DNA from: an uncultured Gammaproteobacteria bacterium
GTDB taxonomy: Bacteria; Patescibacteriota; Patescibacteriia; Patescibacteriales; UBA12465
Assembly: GCA_964500975.1 (NCBI GenBank)
Contig: CAZCQW010000009.1
Location: 2,823 to 52,001 of the forward strand
Reading direction: 5' to 3'
DNA: 49,179 nucleotides
Position 1 is the first letter of the stretch, and every line of letters starts with the position of its first letter. This document shows, one piece after another, positions 25,280 to 34,780 of this stretch. Both the position numbers and the translations under genes were made by a program. The notes under the pieces are model-generated. The model saw only the letters and a program-made list of their open reading frames with translations. It did not search any database and was not told where the DNA came from.

Positions 25280-27940
25280 TTAATTTTTCCGAGAATAGAT
25301 AGCTTTAACCACCTCTATCATTAAGATGTTTACTAGGGCGATTCCGCTTATAATCAACCAGGCGTCACTATGAAGAGGGGTCGTTTTTAACAAACTATTT
25401 AAAAATGGATTATAAATTGCCGAAAATAGTAAGGCAATCCCGACAAAAACAGCCGCAAATAAATATGGATTTTGGAAATGATTTATTTTATAAATAGGTA
25501 GACTTAAGCTTCTGATGCAAAATATTCCAGTAATTGATTTGAAAATTAAAATGGCAAAGAATAGCGTTCTTAGATAATCAAGGCTCCAGTTAAGGATGCT
25601 TAGGTTACTGGCGAGATAGTAGAATAGAGCGAAGATTAAAAAATCTCTAGTTAAGCCAACCCCAAGAATAATTGCTTTCATTTCCCGATTGAATATTGGC
25701 TCAGTTCTTTTTATAGGTTTTTTATTCATGACGCTATCATCACCTTTCTCAAATGCTAGGGAAAAATTTGGTAAACCATCATTAATAATATTTATCCAAA
25801 GAATTTGAGTTGGAAGTAGCGCTAATGGCGCATGACACAAGATAGAGCCTAAAATTAATATCATTTCAGAAAATGAATCCGATATTAGATAAGTTAATGA
25901 TTTTCTTATGTTATCAAAAATAATTCTTCCCTGTTTTATTGCATCAACAATAACACTAAAATTATCATCTAATAAAACTATATCAGCCGTTTCTTTGGCG
26001 ACCTCAGTTCCAGATCCTAGGCAAATACCGATATCAGCGGCTTTAAGGGCTGGCGAATCATTTAATCCATCTCCTGTCATAGCCACTACTTCTCCGTTGT
26101 GCTTTAAAGCCTTTACGATTCTAATTTTATGTTCCGGGCTAACGCGAGCAAAGACCGAAGTTTTTTTTACTAACTCTCTTAAGTCTTTATCGTTAGTTTT
26201 TTCCAAAATATCTCCTGTAACAACCTCATCATAGCTAGTACTTATTTTTAGCTCCAAAGCGATAGAATAGGCCGTGCCTGGATGGTCTCCAGTAATAATT
26301 ATGGGTCTAATGCCAGCTTTTTTACATAGAGCAATTGTATTTTTCGATTCTTTTCTTAAAGGATCTTTAAAAGAGGCTAAAGCAATAAAACTTAATTCTT
26401 TATCAGATAAATCCCAATTTTTATTTTCCGAATTAAGATCAAAGGGTAGTTTTTTTAATTTAGTGGAGGTTAAGGCAATAACCCTCAAACCTTGCGTTGT
26501 TAGATCTTCGTAGTCCTTTAATATTTTTTTTCTGTCTTCTTTTGTCATTAATCTGGTTTTTCCATTTTCTTGAAGATGGGTGCATTTTTGTAAAATTATT
26601 TCACCTGCGCCCTTTTCGTATAAAGTGTATGAATCTTTGTTTTGGTGAATACTAATCATTAATTTCCGCTCGCTACTAAATGGTAATTCAGCTAAACGAG
26701 GTGACTCGGAAAATAAAACTTCTTGTTTTAGTCCGAATTTTAATCCGGCCTTTAAAAAAGAAACTTCTAGAGCTGATCCTAAATCATTTTCACCTTTTTC
26801 AGCTAAGACGGCATTATTACACAAAATTCCAACTCTTAAGGCAGTGTCAAAATCAGTTAATTCACTAGTTCTTTTTTCATCTAATAAATTATCTAAATTA
26901 AATCTATTTGAATAAGAAATAATTTCTTCTAGTTGCATAACACCTTCGGTTAAAGTTCCTGTTTTATCTGAACAAATAACTGTGATTGAGCCAAGAGTTT
27001 CGGCGGCTAAAAGTTTTCTAGTTAAAGCTTTTTTCTTTACCGTCTGTTTCATGCCTAGAGCCAAGATAACCGTTACCGCTACAGCCATGCCCTCAGGAAT
27101 AGCCGCTACTGCAATAGCCGTGGCCGAAGAAAACATTTCTAGAAAAGTGAAGCCGTTAAGAATTCCAGCGACAGCTACAATCACGCAAGCAAAAATAGCC
27201 GTGAAGCCAAGGAATTTTGAAATCCCAGCTAAACGCTCTTGAAGAGGCGTCTCTCCGCTATCGGCATTTTTAACCATTTCAGATATTTTTCCAATCTCAG
27301 TAGTTTTCCCGGTAGCGACAACAACCGCCAAACCATTGCCGTTTAAAATACTGGTGCCGGCGTAAACCATATTTTTTCTATCAGCCAATCCCAAGTCTTG
27401 TTCCATCGGATTAATACTTTTCATAACCGCTGAAGATTCGCCAGTTAAACTAGCCTCGTTTGTTTCTAGTTCCGTGCACTTAAATAAGCGAGCGTCAGCT
27501 AGAATAAATCTACCTGATCTTAAAACAAGAATATCTCCAACTACTATATTAGCAGCCGGGATTTCTAGTTCTTTGCCTTCACGCATAACTAGCGCCTTAT
27601 GCTCAACCATCAGCTTTAATTTATTTAGAGCACTATTAGCCTTGTCTTCTTGAATATAACCAATTAAAACATTGATAAAAATTGCTGCGGCAATAACTTG
27701 AGCGTCAGCAACTTCTCCTGCAAAAAAAGAAAACACAACCGCACAGAGTAAAATATAAATTAAAGGATTTTTAAACTGAGAAATAAATACTTTTATACGG
27801 CTATATGGAGCTTCCTTGCTTAATATATTTAACCCATTTTTTACTAACCTTTTTTGTGCCTCTTCTTCAGATAATCCAGTTTCAAGTGATTCGATTATTC
27901 TGAAAACCTCTTCGTGCTTAAGATGATAAAATTCCTGCAT
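25280..27940 (-). CDS. cation-transporting P-type ATPase (P2, Ca2+/Mg2+-type)
   Basis: 886 aa. TGES, DKTGTLT, TGDHPGTA, MTGDGLNDSPALKAADIG. 10 TM helices. Confidence 0.92.
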   Translation of the reverse strand: MQEFYHLKHEEVFRIIESLETGLSEEEAQKRLVKNGLNILSKEAPYSRIKVFISQFKNPLIYILLCAVVFSFFAGEVADAQVIAAAIFINVLIGYIQEDKANSALNKLKLMVEHKALVMREGKELEIPAANIVVGDILVLRSGRFILADARLFKCTELETNEASLTGESSAVMKSINPMEQDLGLADRKNMVYAGTSILNGNGLAVVVATGKTTEIGKISEMVKNADSGETPLQERLAGISKFLGFTAIFACVIVAVAGILNGFTFLEMFSSATAIAVAAIPEGMAVAVTVILALGMKQTVKKKALTRKLLAAETLGSITVICSDKTGTLTEGVMQLEEIISYSNRFNLDNLLDEKRTSELTDFDTALRVGILCNNAVLAEKGENDLGSALEVSFLKAGLKFGLKQEVLFSESPRLAELPFSSERKLMISIHQNKDSYTLYEKGAGEIILQKCTHLQENGKTRLMTKEDRKKILKDYEDLTTQGLRVIALTSTKLKKLPFDLNSENKNWDLSDKELSFIALASFKDPLRKESKNTIALCKKAGIRPIIITGDHPGTAYSIALELKISTSYDEVVTGDILEKTNDKDLRELVKKTSVFARVSPEHKIRIVKALKHNGEVVAMTGDGLNDSPALKAADIGICLGSGTEVAKETADIVLLDDNFSVIVDAIKQGRIIFDNIRKSLTYLISDSFSEMILILGSILCHAPLALLPTQILWINIINDGLPNFSLAFEKGDDSVMNKKPIKRTEPIFNREMKAIILGVGLTRDFLIFALFYYLASNLSILNWSLDYLRTLFFAILIFKSITGIFCIRSLSLPIYKINHFQNPYLFAAVFVGIALLFSAIYNPFLNSLLKTTPLHSDAWLIISGIALVNILMIEVVKAIYSRKN

Positions 27941-27964
27941 ATATAAATATTGATTTATTTAATT

Positions 27965-29221
27965 TTAAACAGCGGCATTTTCTCCGGCGATATAACCAGT
28001 GCTCCAACAGATTTGGAGATTATAGCCACCAGTTGGACCATTTATATCTAACAATTCACCGGCGATATATAAATTTGAGATTAATTTAGAGCGCATTGTT
28101 TTAGGGTCAACTTCTTTAATATCTAAACCGCCGACCGTAATCATCGCGCGGTCAAATGATTCAAGTTTTAAAATACTTATTTTAAAGTGTTTTAACAAAT
28201 TCAAGAGAGTTTTTCTTTCCTCCTTGTTAATTGAATTAGCCTTTTTATCATCTTTAAAATTTCCGAGTTTAACAATGAGAGGAATAAATTTTGGCTTAAG
28301 TAAATCTGCTAAAATATTTTTGAAATCTTTTTTTCCTTTAGAATTGAATAAATTTTGGAGATGATTATCAAATTCAACTTCGTTTAACTCTGGGAATAAA
28401 TCCAACTCGATATACGAATTATTTTTGATTTCGCTTAAGTGACTACTTAAGTTTAAGGCAGCTGGACCACTTATTCCTTTGGCTGTAAAAATAATATCAC
28501 CGGTAAGATCAAGAACTTTCTTGGATTCTTCAAATAAATTTAATTTTACTTTATTTAGGCTTAAACCTTCTATTTCTTTAATAAAAATATCTTTAAGAAT
28601 TATAGGTGTTAGACCTGGTTTGATTTTAATAATAGTGTGTCCGAAATTTCTTAACCATTCGTATGCATCGCCAGTTGAACCAGTTAATGGATAAGAACGA
28701 CCGCCAGTTGCTAGAATATAGTTTTTTGCGCTTAATTCTTCTCCGTTGTTTAAAATTAATTTATCAATTTTTTTATCACGTATAATTATTTTTTTAACGC
28801 TTGCCTCATTTCTAATTAATCCTCTATTTTTTGCAATATAATTAGTTAAAACATTTAAAATGTCCTTAGCTTTATCGCTAACAGGAAAAATTTGATTATT
28901 CTTTTCTAGCTTTGTTTCTATCCCCTGGGCTTTAAAAAAATTCAGTAATTCGGTAACTCCAAATTTACTATAAGCAGATAATAAAAAACGTCCATTCTTA
29001 CCGTAACAACTTGCTAAATCCTTATAGTTTTCAATATAGTTTGTAATATTACATCTTCCACCACCAGTTGTTAATAGTTTAATTCCTAGTTGTTTATTTT
29101 TTTCCAATAAAAGAACTCTAGCGCCTAATTCGCTAGCACGACAAGCCGCCATTAAGCCGGCTGGACCACCACCAATTATAATAATATCATTATTCATATA
29201 TAGTTGGTTAAAATTTACCAT
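27965..29221 (-). CDS. HI0933/BaiN-like FAD-dependent oxidoreductase
   Basis: IIIGGGPAGLMAA dinucleotide fold. TTGGGRCNITN and GGLDIKEVDPKTMRSK motifs. An alternative ATG lies at 29197. Confidence 0.8.
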   Translation of the reverse strand: MVNFNQLYMNNDIIIIGGGPAGLMAACRASELGARVLLLEKNKQLGIKLLTTGGGRCNITNYIENYKDLASCYGKNGRFLLSAYSKFGVTELLNFFKAQGIETKLEKNNQIFPVSDKAKDILNVLTNYIAKNRGLIRNEASVKKIIIRDKKIDKLILNNGEELSAKNYILATGGRSYPLTGSTGDAYEWLRNFGHTIIKIKPGLTPIILKDIFIKEIEGLSLNKVKLNLFEESKKVLDLTGDIIFTAKGISGPAALNLSSHLSEIKNNSYIELDLFPELNEVEFDNHLQNLFNSKGKKDFKNILADLLKPKFIPLIVKLGNFKDDKKANSINKEERKTLLNLLKHFKISILKLESFDRAMITVGGLDIKEVDPKTMRSKLISNLYIAGELLDINGPTGGYNLQICWSTGYIAGENAAV

Positions 29222-29225
29222 AAAA

Positions 29226-29255
29226 AATAAAAAAAGCCCATAACTTAGGGCTTTT
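29226..29255 (-). terminator. intrinsic terminator
   Basis: aaaagccc (29232-29239) / gggctttt (29248-29255), with a U-run on the minus strand. Confidence 0.75.
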
Positions 29256-29270
29256 GTAGTTGAGATAATT

Positions 29271-29609
29271 TTAACATTTTAAAAACTCGGACATAGTCCA
29301 AATTTTGTTATCAAGCTTTAAGGCTTTTTCCGGAATTTTTTTTGTTTTAGCGTAAAAAACTCGGTGGTTATTATGGCTAAGAGATTCGGTAACAACTAGT
29401 GTTTGGACTGCACTCTTTTTATCTTTAGGCAGTTTTGCGAATTCACTAACTCCTATTTCCAGCGTATTAATAAGCTTGCTGGAATCATTTGTATTATCAG
29501 GACCGACAATATTGAAAACAATCCCATCAATACATGAGAAGAAAAAAGAAGCATTATCAATTTCGGAATAAAAACCGAGCAGACTGTTGATATTCATCAT
29601 TTTAGCCAA
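29271..29609 (-). CDS. hypothetical protein (112 aa)
   Basis: ORF with its own promoter (29649-29677) and terminator. No recognisable motif. Confidence 0.55.
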   Translation of the reverse strand: MAKMMNINSLLGFYSEIDNASFFFSCIDGIVFNIVGPDNTNDSSKLINTLEIGVSEFAKLPKDKKSAVQTLVVTESLSHNNHRVFYAKTKKIPEKALKLDNKIWTMSEFLKC

Positions 29610-29648
29610 ATTTTAGTAGGTTATATTTAAGGAACATGAGCTATTCGG

Positions 29649-29677
29649 ATAATACTATAAATATTTGAATTTGGCAA
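29649..29677 (-). promoter_or_regulatory. promoter TTGCCA-17-TATTAT
   Basis: tggcaa at 29672-29677 and ataata at 29649-29654 on the plus strand, 17-nt spacer. Confidence 0.6.
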
Positions 29678-29756
29678 GTGTGCTAAAAATAATTATATGT
29701 AACTTTCTGGTTTAATTTTGCTGATTGTATCTTTCTTAATTTCTACCCAAATTGCT

Positions 29757-30566
29757 CTAGTTTCTTGATAGCTCAAAACCTTTTTTTATAGATTTTTTCA
29801 TTAAAGGCCAAAGAAATTCATAATCATCTATTTCATCTTCGCTTATCCATTTAAATTCAGAATGTTCATCGCTTAAAACCGGATCACCGTCGCTACTAAT
29901 AAGAGTCACGGTTCCGCAAAACGCAAACCCAGAAGACGTATGCCAGGCATCGTAATCAAGTGTGGAAATTATTTTAAAATCCTCTATTCCTAATTCTTCC
30001 TTAACTTCTCTTCTCATTCCCTCTTCTTTATTTTCACCAATATTCATTCGACCGCCTGGCAAATCCCATCCGTGAAGGCGATTACTAAGTTTAGCAATAA
30101 AACATTTATTATTGCGAATTAAAACAACTTTTTGGCTAAGAGAAAATCTTTCGTGCTCCTGAGAAAACTTACTAGCATAGTTTGCGATTTCACGATGAAG
30201 CGAATTAATAGATTCTAGTTTATAAAAATTAGAAGCATTAATCCACGCATATTCTGAATGCTCATCACTTAAAACAACTTCTCCTCCTATATAATCACAA
30301 ACAAATGTAATTCCAACTTTCATCTCGCCCTCATTATTAACAAAGGTGAAAACATTAAAAGACTCGCGAACTTTTATCTCTAGTCCGGTCTCTTCCATGA
30401 CTTCTCTTTTTAAGGCTTCTTGCGGTGTGGCGTCACTTTCATCCATGCCACCACCAATAGTTTCCCAGATATTAGGCAAAAATAAATCTTTTTCTGATCG
30501 CTTAACAATTAATATGTCCCCACCTTCGCGTCTAATAATGCCCTTGACGGCGATTTTATATTTCAT
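29757..30566 (-). CDS. tandem-Nudix hydrolase (two Nudix domains)
   Basis: Two Nudix boxes: GGGMDESDATPQEALKREVMEETGL and GGRMNIGENKEEGMRREVKEELGI. Confidence 0.85.
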   Translation of the reverse strand: MKYKIAVKGIIRREGGDILIVKRSEKDLFLPNIWETIGGGMDESDATPQEALKREVMEETGLEIKVRESFNVFTFVNNEGEMKVGITFVCDYIGGEVVLSDEHSEYAWINASNFYKLESINSLHREIANYASKFSQEHERFSLSQKVVLIRNNKCFIAKLSNRLHGWDLPGGRMNIGENKEEGMRREVKEELGIEDFKIISTLDYDAWHTSSGFAFCGTVTLISSDGDPVLSDEHSEFKWISEDEIDDYEFLWPLMKKSIKKGFELSRN

Positions 30567-30636
30567 AGAGTTTAAGTATTAACTATTTCAATATAACAAT
30601 TATTTAATCATTTTGCTAATTTTTTGATAAATAAAA

Positions 30637-30659
30637 AAGCAGCTGGTTTAGGGCTGCTT
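30637..30659 (-). terminator. intrinsic terminator
   Basis: aagcagc/gctgctt stem with a U-run on the minus strand. Confidence 0.75.
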
Positions 30660-30671
30660 GAAAAAAATTTA

Positions 30672-31010
30672 CTATGCTAGCTTTCTTTGCAAACTAAACA
30701 TATTAATATATTCCTTTGGATTTAAAAAGCTTACTGTTTTTTCATCAACTTTTAAAATTTTCCTCTCTTCAGAAAAAATGACTTCCCAGTTGTAATTTTC
30801 TGTCATTAACTCTTTTATCTTATTAGCAATTTTTAGCTCCCCGTCTGTTACGTGAGGGCCAGACCACGTGCCAACTTGGTCAAAAACATGAACTGGCTTA
30901 GTAACTAGGCTGTCGATAAATATGCCAATTTTAGCATTATTAGCCCAATCACTGCTTTCAGAAAATACGGCAATAATTATCTTCTTTAACAATTTTTTTG
31001 GTTTACTCAT
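30672..31010 (-). CDS. hypothetical protein (112 aa)
   Basis: ORF with a perfect-consensus promoter and a terminator. No recognisable motif. Confidence 0.55.
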   Translation of the reverse strand: MSKPKKLLKKIIIAVFSESSDWANNAKIGIFIDSLVTKPVHVFDQVGTWSGPHVTDGELKIANKIKELMTENYNWEVIFSEERKILKVDEKTVSFLNPKEYINMFSLQRKLA

Positions 31011-31055
31011 TTTTTCTTCTTTTTAAGTTTGTATTAATTTTTAAAGGAATAAAAA

Positions 31056-31084
31056 ATTATAAGATAATATCATTAATTTGTCAA
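31056..31084 (-). promoter_or_regulatory. perfect consensus promoter TTGACA-17-TATAAT
   Basis: tgtcaa at 31079-31084 and attata at 31056-31061 on the plus strand, 17-nt spacer. Confidence 0.7.
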
Positions 31085-31148
31085 AGAATCTTAATCCCCT
31101 TACAAATTATTAAATATTTGTTAAACTAAGTTTATTAATGAATTTTCT

Positions 31149-32891
31149 ATGGTTCCCTTGTTGCAAGTTAACGAACTTAGTAAAAAATACAGCGGACAAG
31201 CAATTTTTTCCGGCTTGTCTTTTAGTGTATTTCAAAAACAGAAAATTGGAATTATCGGTCGCAATGGGGCTGGTAAATCAACTATGTTTAGAATTGTTTT
31301 GAATAAAGAAGAATCCGATAGTGGAAATGTAATAATTAGTAGTGAGGCTAGAATTGGATATATTGAACAAGAAAATACTTTCAAAGACAAAGAAACCGGT
31401 CTAGCTTATTTAATGCGATATAGTCATAAAGAAGAATGGCAATGTCGAAAAGTCGCCAGTCGGTTTAAATTTACAGCTGAGCAATTAGAAAAACAGATTA
31501 CTGAATTATCTGGTGGTTGGCAGATGCGTTTAAAATTAAGCGCTATGCTTTTGCTTGAGCCTAATTTATTTTTACTTGATGAGCCAACTAATTATCTTGA
31601 TTTAGGAACCATTCTTTTATTAGAGGACTTTTTAAAAAGCTATAAAGGTGGATTTTTAATTATTTCTCATGATAGAGAGTTTTTAAAGAATACTTGTTTG
31701 GAGACGATGGAAATTACGCCACATCGCTGTCTCTCCTTCCCTCAACCTCTTGAGGCGTACTTGGCTTATAAAGAACAGAGAGCGGCTAGTGAGCATAAAA
31801 TTAATGAAAAATTAAATCGCGAGGAAAAGCACATGCAGGCCTTCGTTGATCGCTTTCGCTATAAATCTTCTAAGGCAACCCAGGCTCAAGCCTTGATTAA
31901 AAAAATCGACAAACTTCAGGTTCATAAAATTAGCATTGAGCATAACGCTAGTACAGTTAGAATAAATATTCCGGAGATTGAGAAAAAAAAGAATCGAGTA
32001 CTCGCGATTGATAACTTAGAAATTGGTTATGCGGGTAGAGTTTTGGCAACTGGTTTTGATTTTGATGTTAAAAGTGGTGAAAAAATCATTGTTGTTGGTG
32101 ATAATGGCCAAGGTAAAAGTACATTTTTAAAAACATTAGCCGGCGAGATTCCGCCTGTAGCGGGAAAGTTTTCTTGGTTTACTGGTTTAAAAATTGCCTA
32201 TTATGCGCAGCTAGCTGATAATGTTTTAAATTTTGATGAACAGATTGGCGATTATTTACGTCGTGTAGCTGATTCAAATTTAAAAACAGAAAAAGTTTTG
32301 CAGATGGCTGGAGATTTTTTATTTTCTGGCGATGATTTAAAGAAAACAATTGGCGTTTTAAGTGGTGGAGAAAAATCTCGTTTAATTTTGGCTGGGCTCT
32401 TATTAGGTAAGCCAGATGTATTAATTTTAGATGAGCCAACTAATCATTTAGATTTTGAAACTGTTGAGGCTCTGGGTTTAGCTTTGTCTAACTTTAACGG
32501 CACAATTATTTTTACTAGTCATGATAGAACATTTGCCAATATGGTAGCCAGTGAAATTATTGAAATTAGTGAAGGAAAAGTTAGGCGCCATTATCATGAC
32601 TATGAGGATTATGTTGCAAATTTAGAAAAGAGATTAATCATTAGTGAACAAAATAGTTTTGAGACTGAAATTAAAAAAACATTGTCTGATTATGAGAAAA
32701 ACAAGGAAGTTAAAAAACAGATAAAATCTCTTGAAAATCGATTAGAAAAACTTGAAAAACAAAAAGAGGCTATTCATAAATATTTTTTAGATAACCCCTT
32801 TAGCTATGATCTTAAGAAAAGAGATGAGCTAGTAGCCATTGAAGAAGAGATAAAAAAGACTGAAGAAGAGTGGCTGAGCCTGACTGTTTAG
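31149..32891 (+). CDS. ABC-F family ATPase (two ABC domains, no TMD, coiled-coil tail)
   Basis: GRNGAGKST and GDNGQGKST Walker A motifs. LSGGWQMR and LSGGEKSR signature motifs. C-terminal KEVKKQIKSLENRLEKLEKQKE. Confidence 0.9.
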   Translation: MVPLLQVNELSKKYSGQAIFSGLSFSVFQKQKIGIIGRNGAGKSTMFRIVLNKEESDSGNVIISSEARIGYIEQENTFKDKETGLAYLMRYSHKEEWQCRKVASRFKFTAEQLEKQITELSGGWQMRLKLSAMLLLEPNLFLLDEPTNYLDLGTILLLEDFLKSYKGGFLIISHDREFLKNTCLETMEITPHRCLSFPQPLEAYLAYKEQRAASEHKINEKLNREEKHMQAFVDRFRYKSSKATQAQALIKKIDKLQVHKISIEHNASTVRINIPEIEKKKNRVLAIDNLEIGYAGRVLATGFDFDVKSGEKIIVVGDNGQGKSTFLKTLAGEIPPVAGKFSWFTGLKIAYYAQLADNVLNFDEQIGDYLRRVADSNLKTEKVLQMAGDFLFSGDDLKKTIGVLSGGEKSRLILAGLLLGKPDVLILDEPTNHLDFETVEALGLALSNFNGTIIFTSHDRTFANMVASEIIEISEGKVRRHYHDYEDYVANLEKRLIISEQNSFETEIKKTLSDYEKNKEVKKQIKSLENRLEKLEKQKEAIHKYFLDNPFSYDLKKRDELVAIEEEIKKTEEEWLSLTV

Positions 32892-33182
32892 AAGATTATA
32901 CCCCAATCCAGCCAAATATAAATTTAAAGCAATAATAAGTGGCATTAAAACAACGAAGTACCACTTTTTTGTTTTATGATGGAATAGAAACATGCCAGAA
33001 TAAATACCAATTGCGCCAAATAATATAGCTAAAATAAACAAAGTTTTTTCACTAATCCTTCTTTTTTGACTTTCAGCCTTCTTTTTGTCTAAATACATTA
33101 TAAATAGACTAAATATATTTATAGCGATTAAAAAGCAGGTAAGATGAATCGTTTCGATATTAATATTAAAATATATATTCAT
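32829..33182 (-). CDS. DUF1294 membrane protein
   Basis: YLDKKKAESQKRRISEKTLFILAILFGAIGIYSGMFLFHHKTKKWYF matches the DUF1294 pattern. Its 3' end overlaps the ABC-F 3' end by 63 nt. Confidence 0.7.
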   Translation of the reverse strand: MNIYFNINIETIHLTCFLIAINIFSLFIMYLDKKKAESQKRRISEKTLFILAILFGAIGIYSGMFLFHHKTKKWYFVVLMPLIIALNLYLAGLGYNLLNSQAQPLFFSLFYLFFNGY

Positions 33183-33247
33183 ATTATTTAACCCTCGGTT
33201 TACTATTTCAAGTCATGAGCACGAAAGCATTCAACATTTTTTTAAGT

Positions 33248-33412
33248 TTAAAAATGAATTACCGCATAATTCACTAAATTGCTAAGCAATTTTCCTTGCT
33301 CTTCTCTCGGAGCTGATTCAAGAAGTGTTTTGTAAATATTATCAAGAATAGAAACAGAGTGTCGATGTTGCCCATCAATCTCTTTAATATCAAAAGTATA
33401 TTGCTTTTTCCA
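33248..33412 (-). pseudogene. hemerythrin-like gene remnant (N-terminal about 54 codons, no in-frame start, premature stop)
   Basis: My translation: WKKQYTFDIKEIDGQHRHSVSILDNIYKTLLESAPREEQGKLLSNLVNYAVIHF*. It matches the W..y..gi..iD.qH ... L..Y...HF(..EE) pattern of bacteriohemerythrins. The ATG at 33413-33411 is one nt out of frame. Confidence 0.45.
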
Positions 33413-33451
33413 TTTAAAAAATTACTCAAAAAATTTTTAATTAATAACTAA

Positions 33452-34780
33452 TTAATTTAATATATCTTTAATTTTACTGCCAGGTTTGTAAATTATCAAA
33501 TCATCGCTAGACATTTTCCAATCGTTTTGAATGTCATTAATTATTCGCCAGGTTTCTAAAACTTCAGCGCTGCTAGCAAATAAAGCATGATCTGAATTGA
33601 GGGCATTAAATAAAACCTGTTCATAGGCTTCTGGCAAATTTGCATAGTATTCTTGAAAAGCAAATTTTAGAGAATGTTGACTAACTGTATTGTCGTATCC
33701 AGGTCTTTTTGCAAACAGCTGAAGTTCGACACCCTCGTCAGGTTGGAGAGAAAAAATAAGTTGATTAGTTTCTTTGCCATTATTATTTTTATAAAAAATT
33801 CTAATTCCGGTAAATTTCTTATCCAGTGATTTTCCAGTAGTTAAAGTAATTGGCACCCCTAACCACTTAGAATCACTTGATTCTAGGCGTAAAGAAACAA
33901 ATGTTTCGACAGAACTTCCAATATTGCTTACCTCATTTTGATAGCCTTCATATTGTCCTCTGATCAATTTTCCTGAATCGCGACTAGCTAAGTTTAACTG
34001 CTTTAAAGCTTGTAAACGAAGAGAAGGAATAAGATCAATTTTTTCATTTGAAGATATATCCATTAAAACTAAGGACGCTAATTGAAGAAGGTGACTTTGA
34101 ATTAAATCACGCAGCGCTCCTGTTTGTTCATAAAAAATAGCTCGCCCTTCGACACCAATTGACTCTGTGGCAATAATTTCAATTGCGGTAATAAATTTAT
34201 TATTCCAAGTTTCACAGAATAAAAAATTATTTTCCCTAAAAACTATAATATTTTGCGCCATCTCTTTGGCTAAATAATGATCAATACGATAAACTTGTTC
34301 GGGGTCAAAATATTTATCAATATATTTTACTAACTCACTTGCACTATCTAAATCGACTCCAAATGGTTTCTCTAATAATAACTTCGTTTCACCTTCCCTA
34401 GCCAAACCAGATTCGCCAAGTAATTCAATAATTGGCTGAGATACTTGAGGTGGCACGGCTAAATAAAATATGTGTTGTGCTTCAACGCCTAATTTTCTTT
34501 CAATTTCATTTATTTTCTCTGACAATTTTTTATAATCATTAATTTCCGTTAAATTCATTGAGAAAAGTTCAATTTTTTCTTTTAGATAATCAGCTTTTTT
34601 AGCTCTAATAAGTAATTTATCAATCTGCTCATTCGATCTCCTGGTTACTCCTAAAATACTAAAATCATCCGGCAAGGCTCCGGCTCCAATCATTTGTCCT
34701 AATGCGGGTAATAATTTTCTCACCGATAAATCACCGAAAATTCCAATAATAATTAAAATTGTAGGTTTTGTTATTTTCAT
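33452..34780 (-). CDS. zwf: glucose-6-phosphate dehydrogenase
   Basis: IIGIFGDLSVRKLLPAL, EKPFGVDLDSA, YRIDHYLAKE (active-site RIDHYLGKE-type). Confidence 0.88.
   Translation of the reverse strand: MKITKPTILIIIGIFGDLSVRKLLPALGQMIGAGALPDDFSILGVTRRSNEQIDKLLIRAKKADYLKEKIELFSMNLTEINDYKKLSEKINEIERKLGVEAQHIFYLAVPPQVSQPIIELLGESGLAREGETKLLLEKPFGVDLDSASELVKYIDKYFDPEQVYRIDHYLAKEMAQNIIVFRENNFLFCETWNNKFITAIEIIATESIGVEGRAIFYEQTGALRDLIQSHLLQLASLVLMDISSNEKIDLIPSLRLQALKQLNLASRDSGKLIRGQYEGYQNEVSNIGSSVETFVSLRLESSDSKWLGVPITLTTGKSLDKKFTGIRIFYKNNNGKETNQLIFSLQPDEGVELQLFAKRPGYDNTVSQHSLKFAFQEYYANLPEAYEQVLFNALNSDHALFASSAEVLETWRIINDIQNDWKMSSDDLIIYKPGSKIKDILN

Noticed and set aside
32829-32891. 63-nt convergent overlap of the ABC-F and DUF1294 3' ends as a possible antisense regulatory arrangement
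   Set aside because: The DUF1294 tail (SQAQPLFFSLFYLFFNGY) looks like read-through into the antisense of ABC-F until the first stop. It is most simply explained by the lack of an earlier stop codon, and no structure supports regulation.
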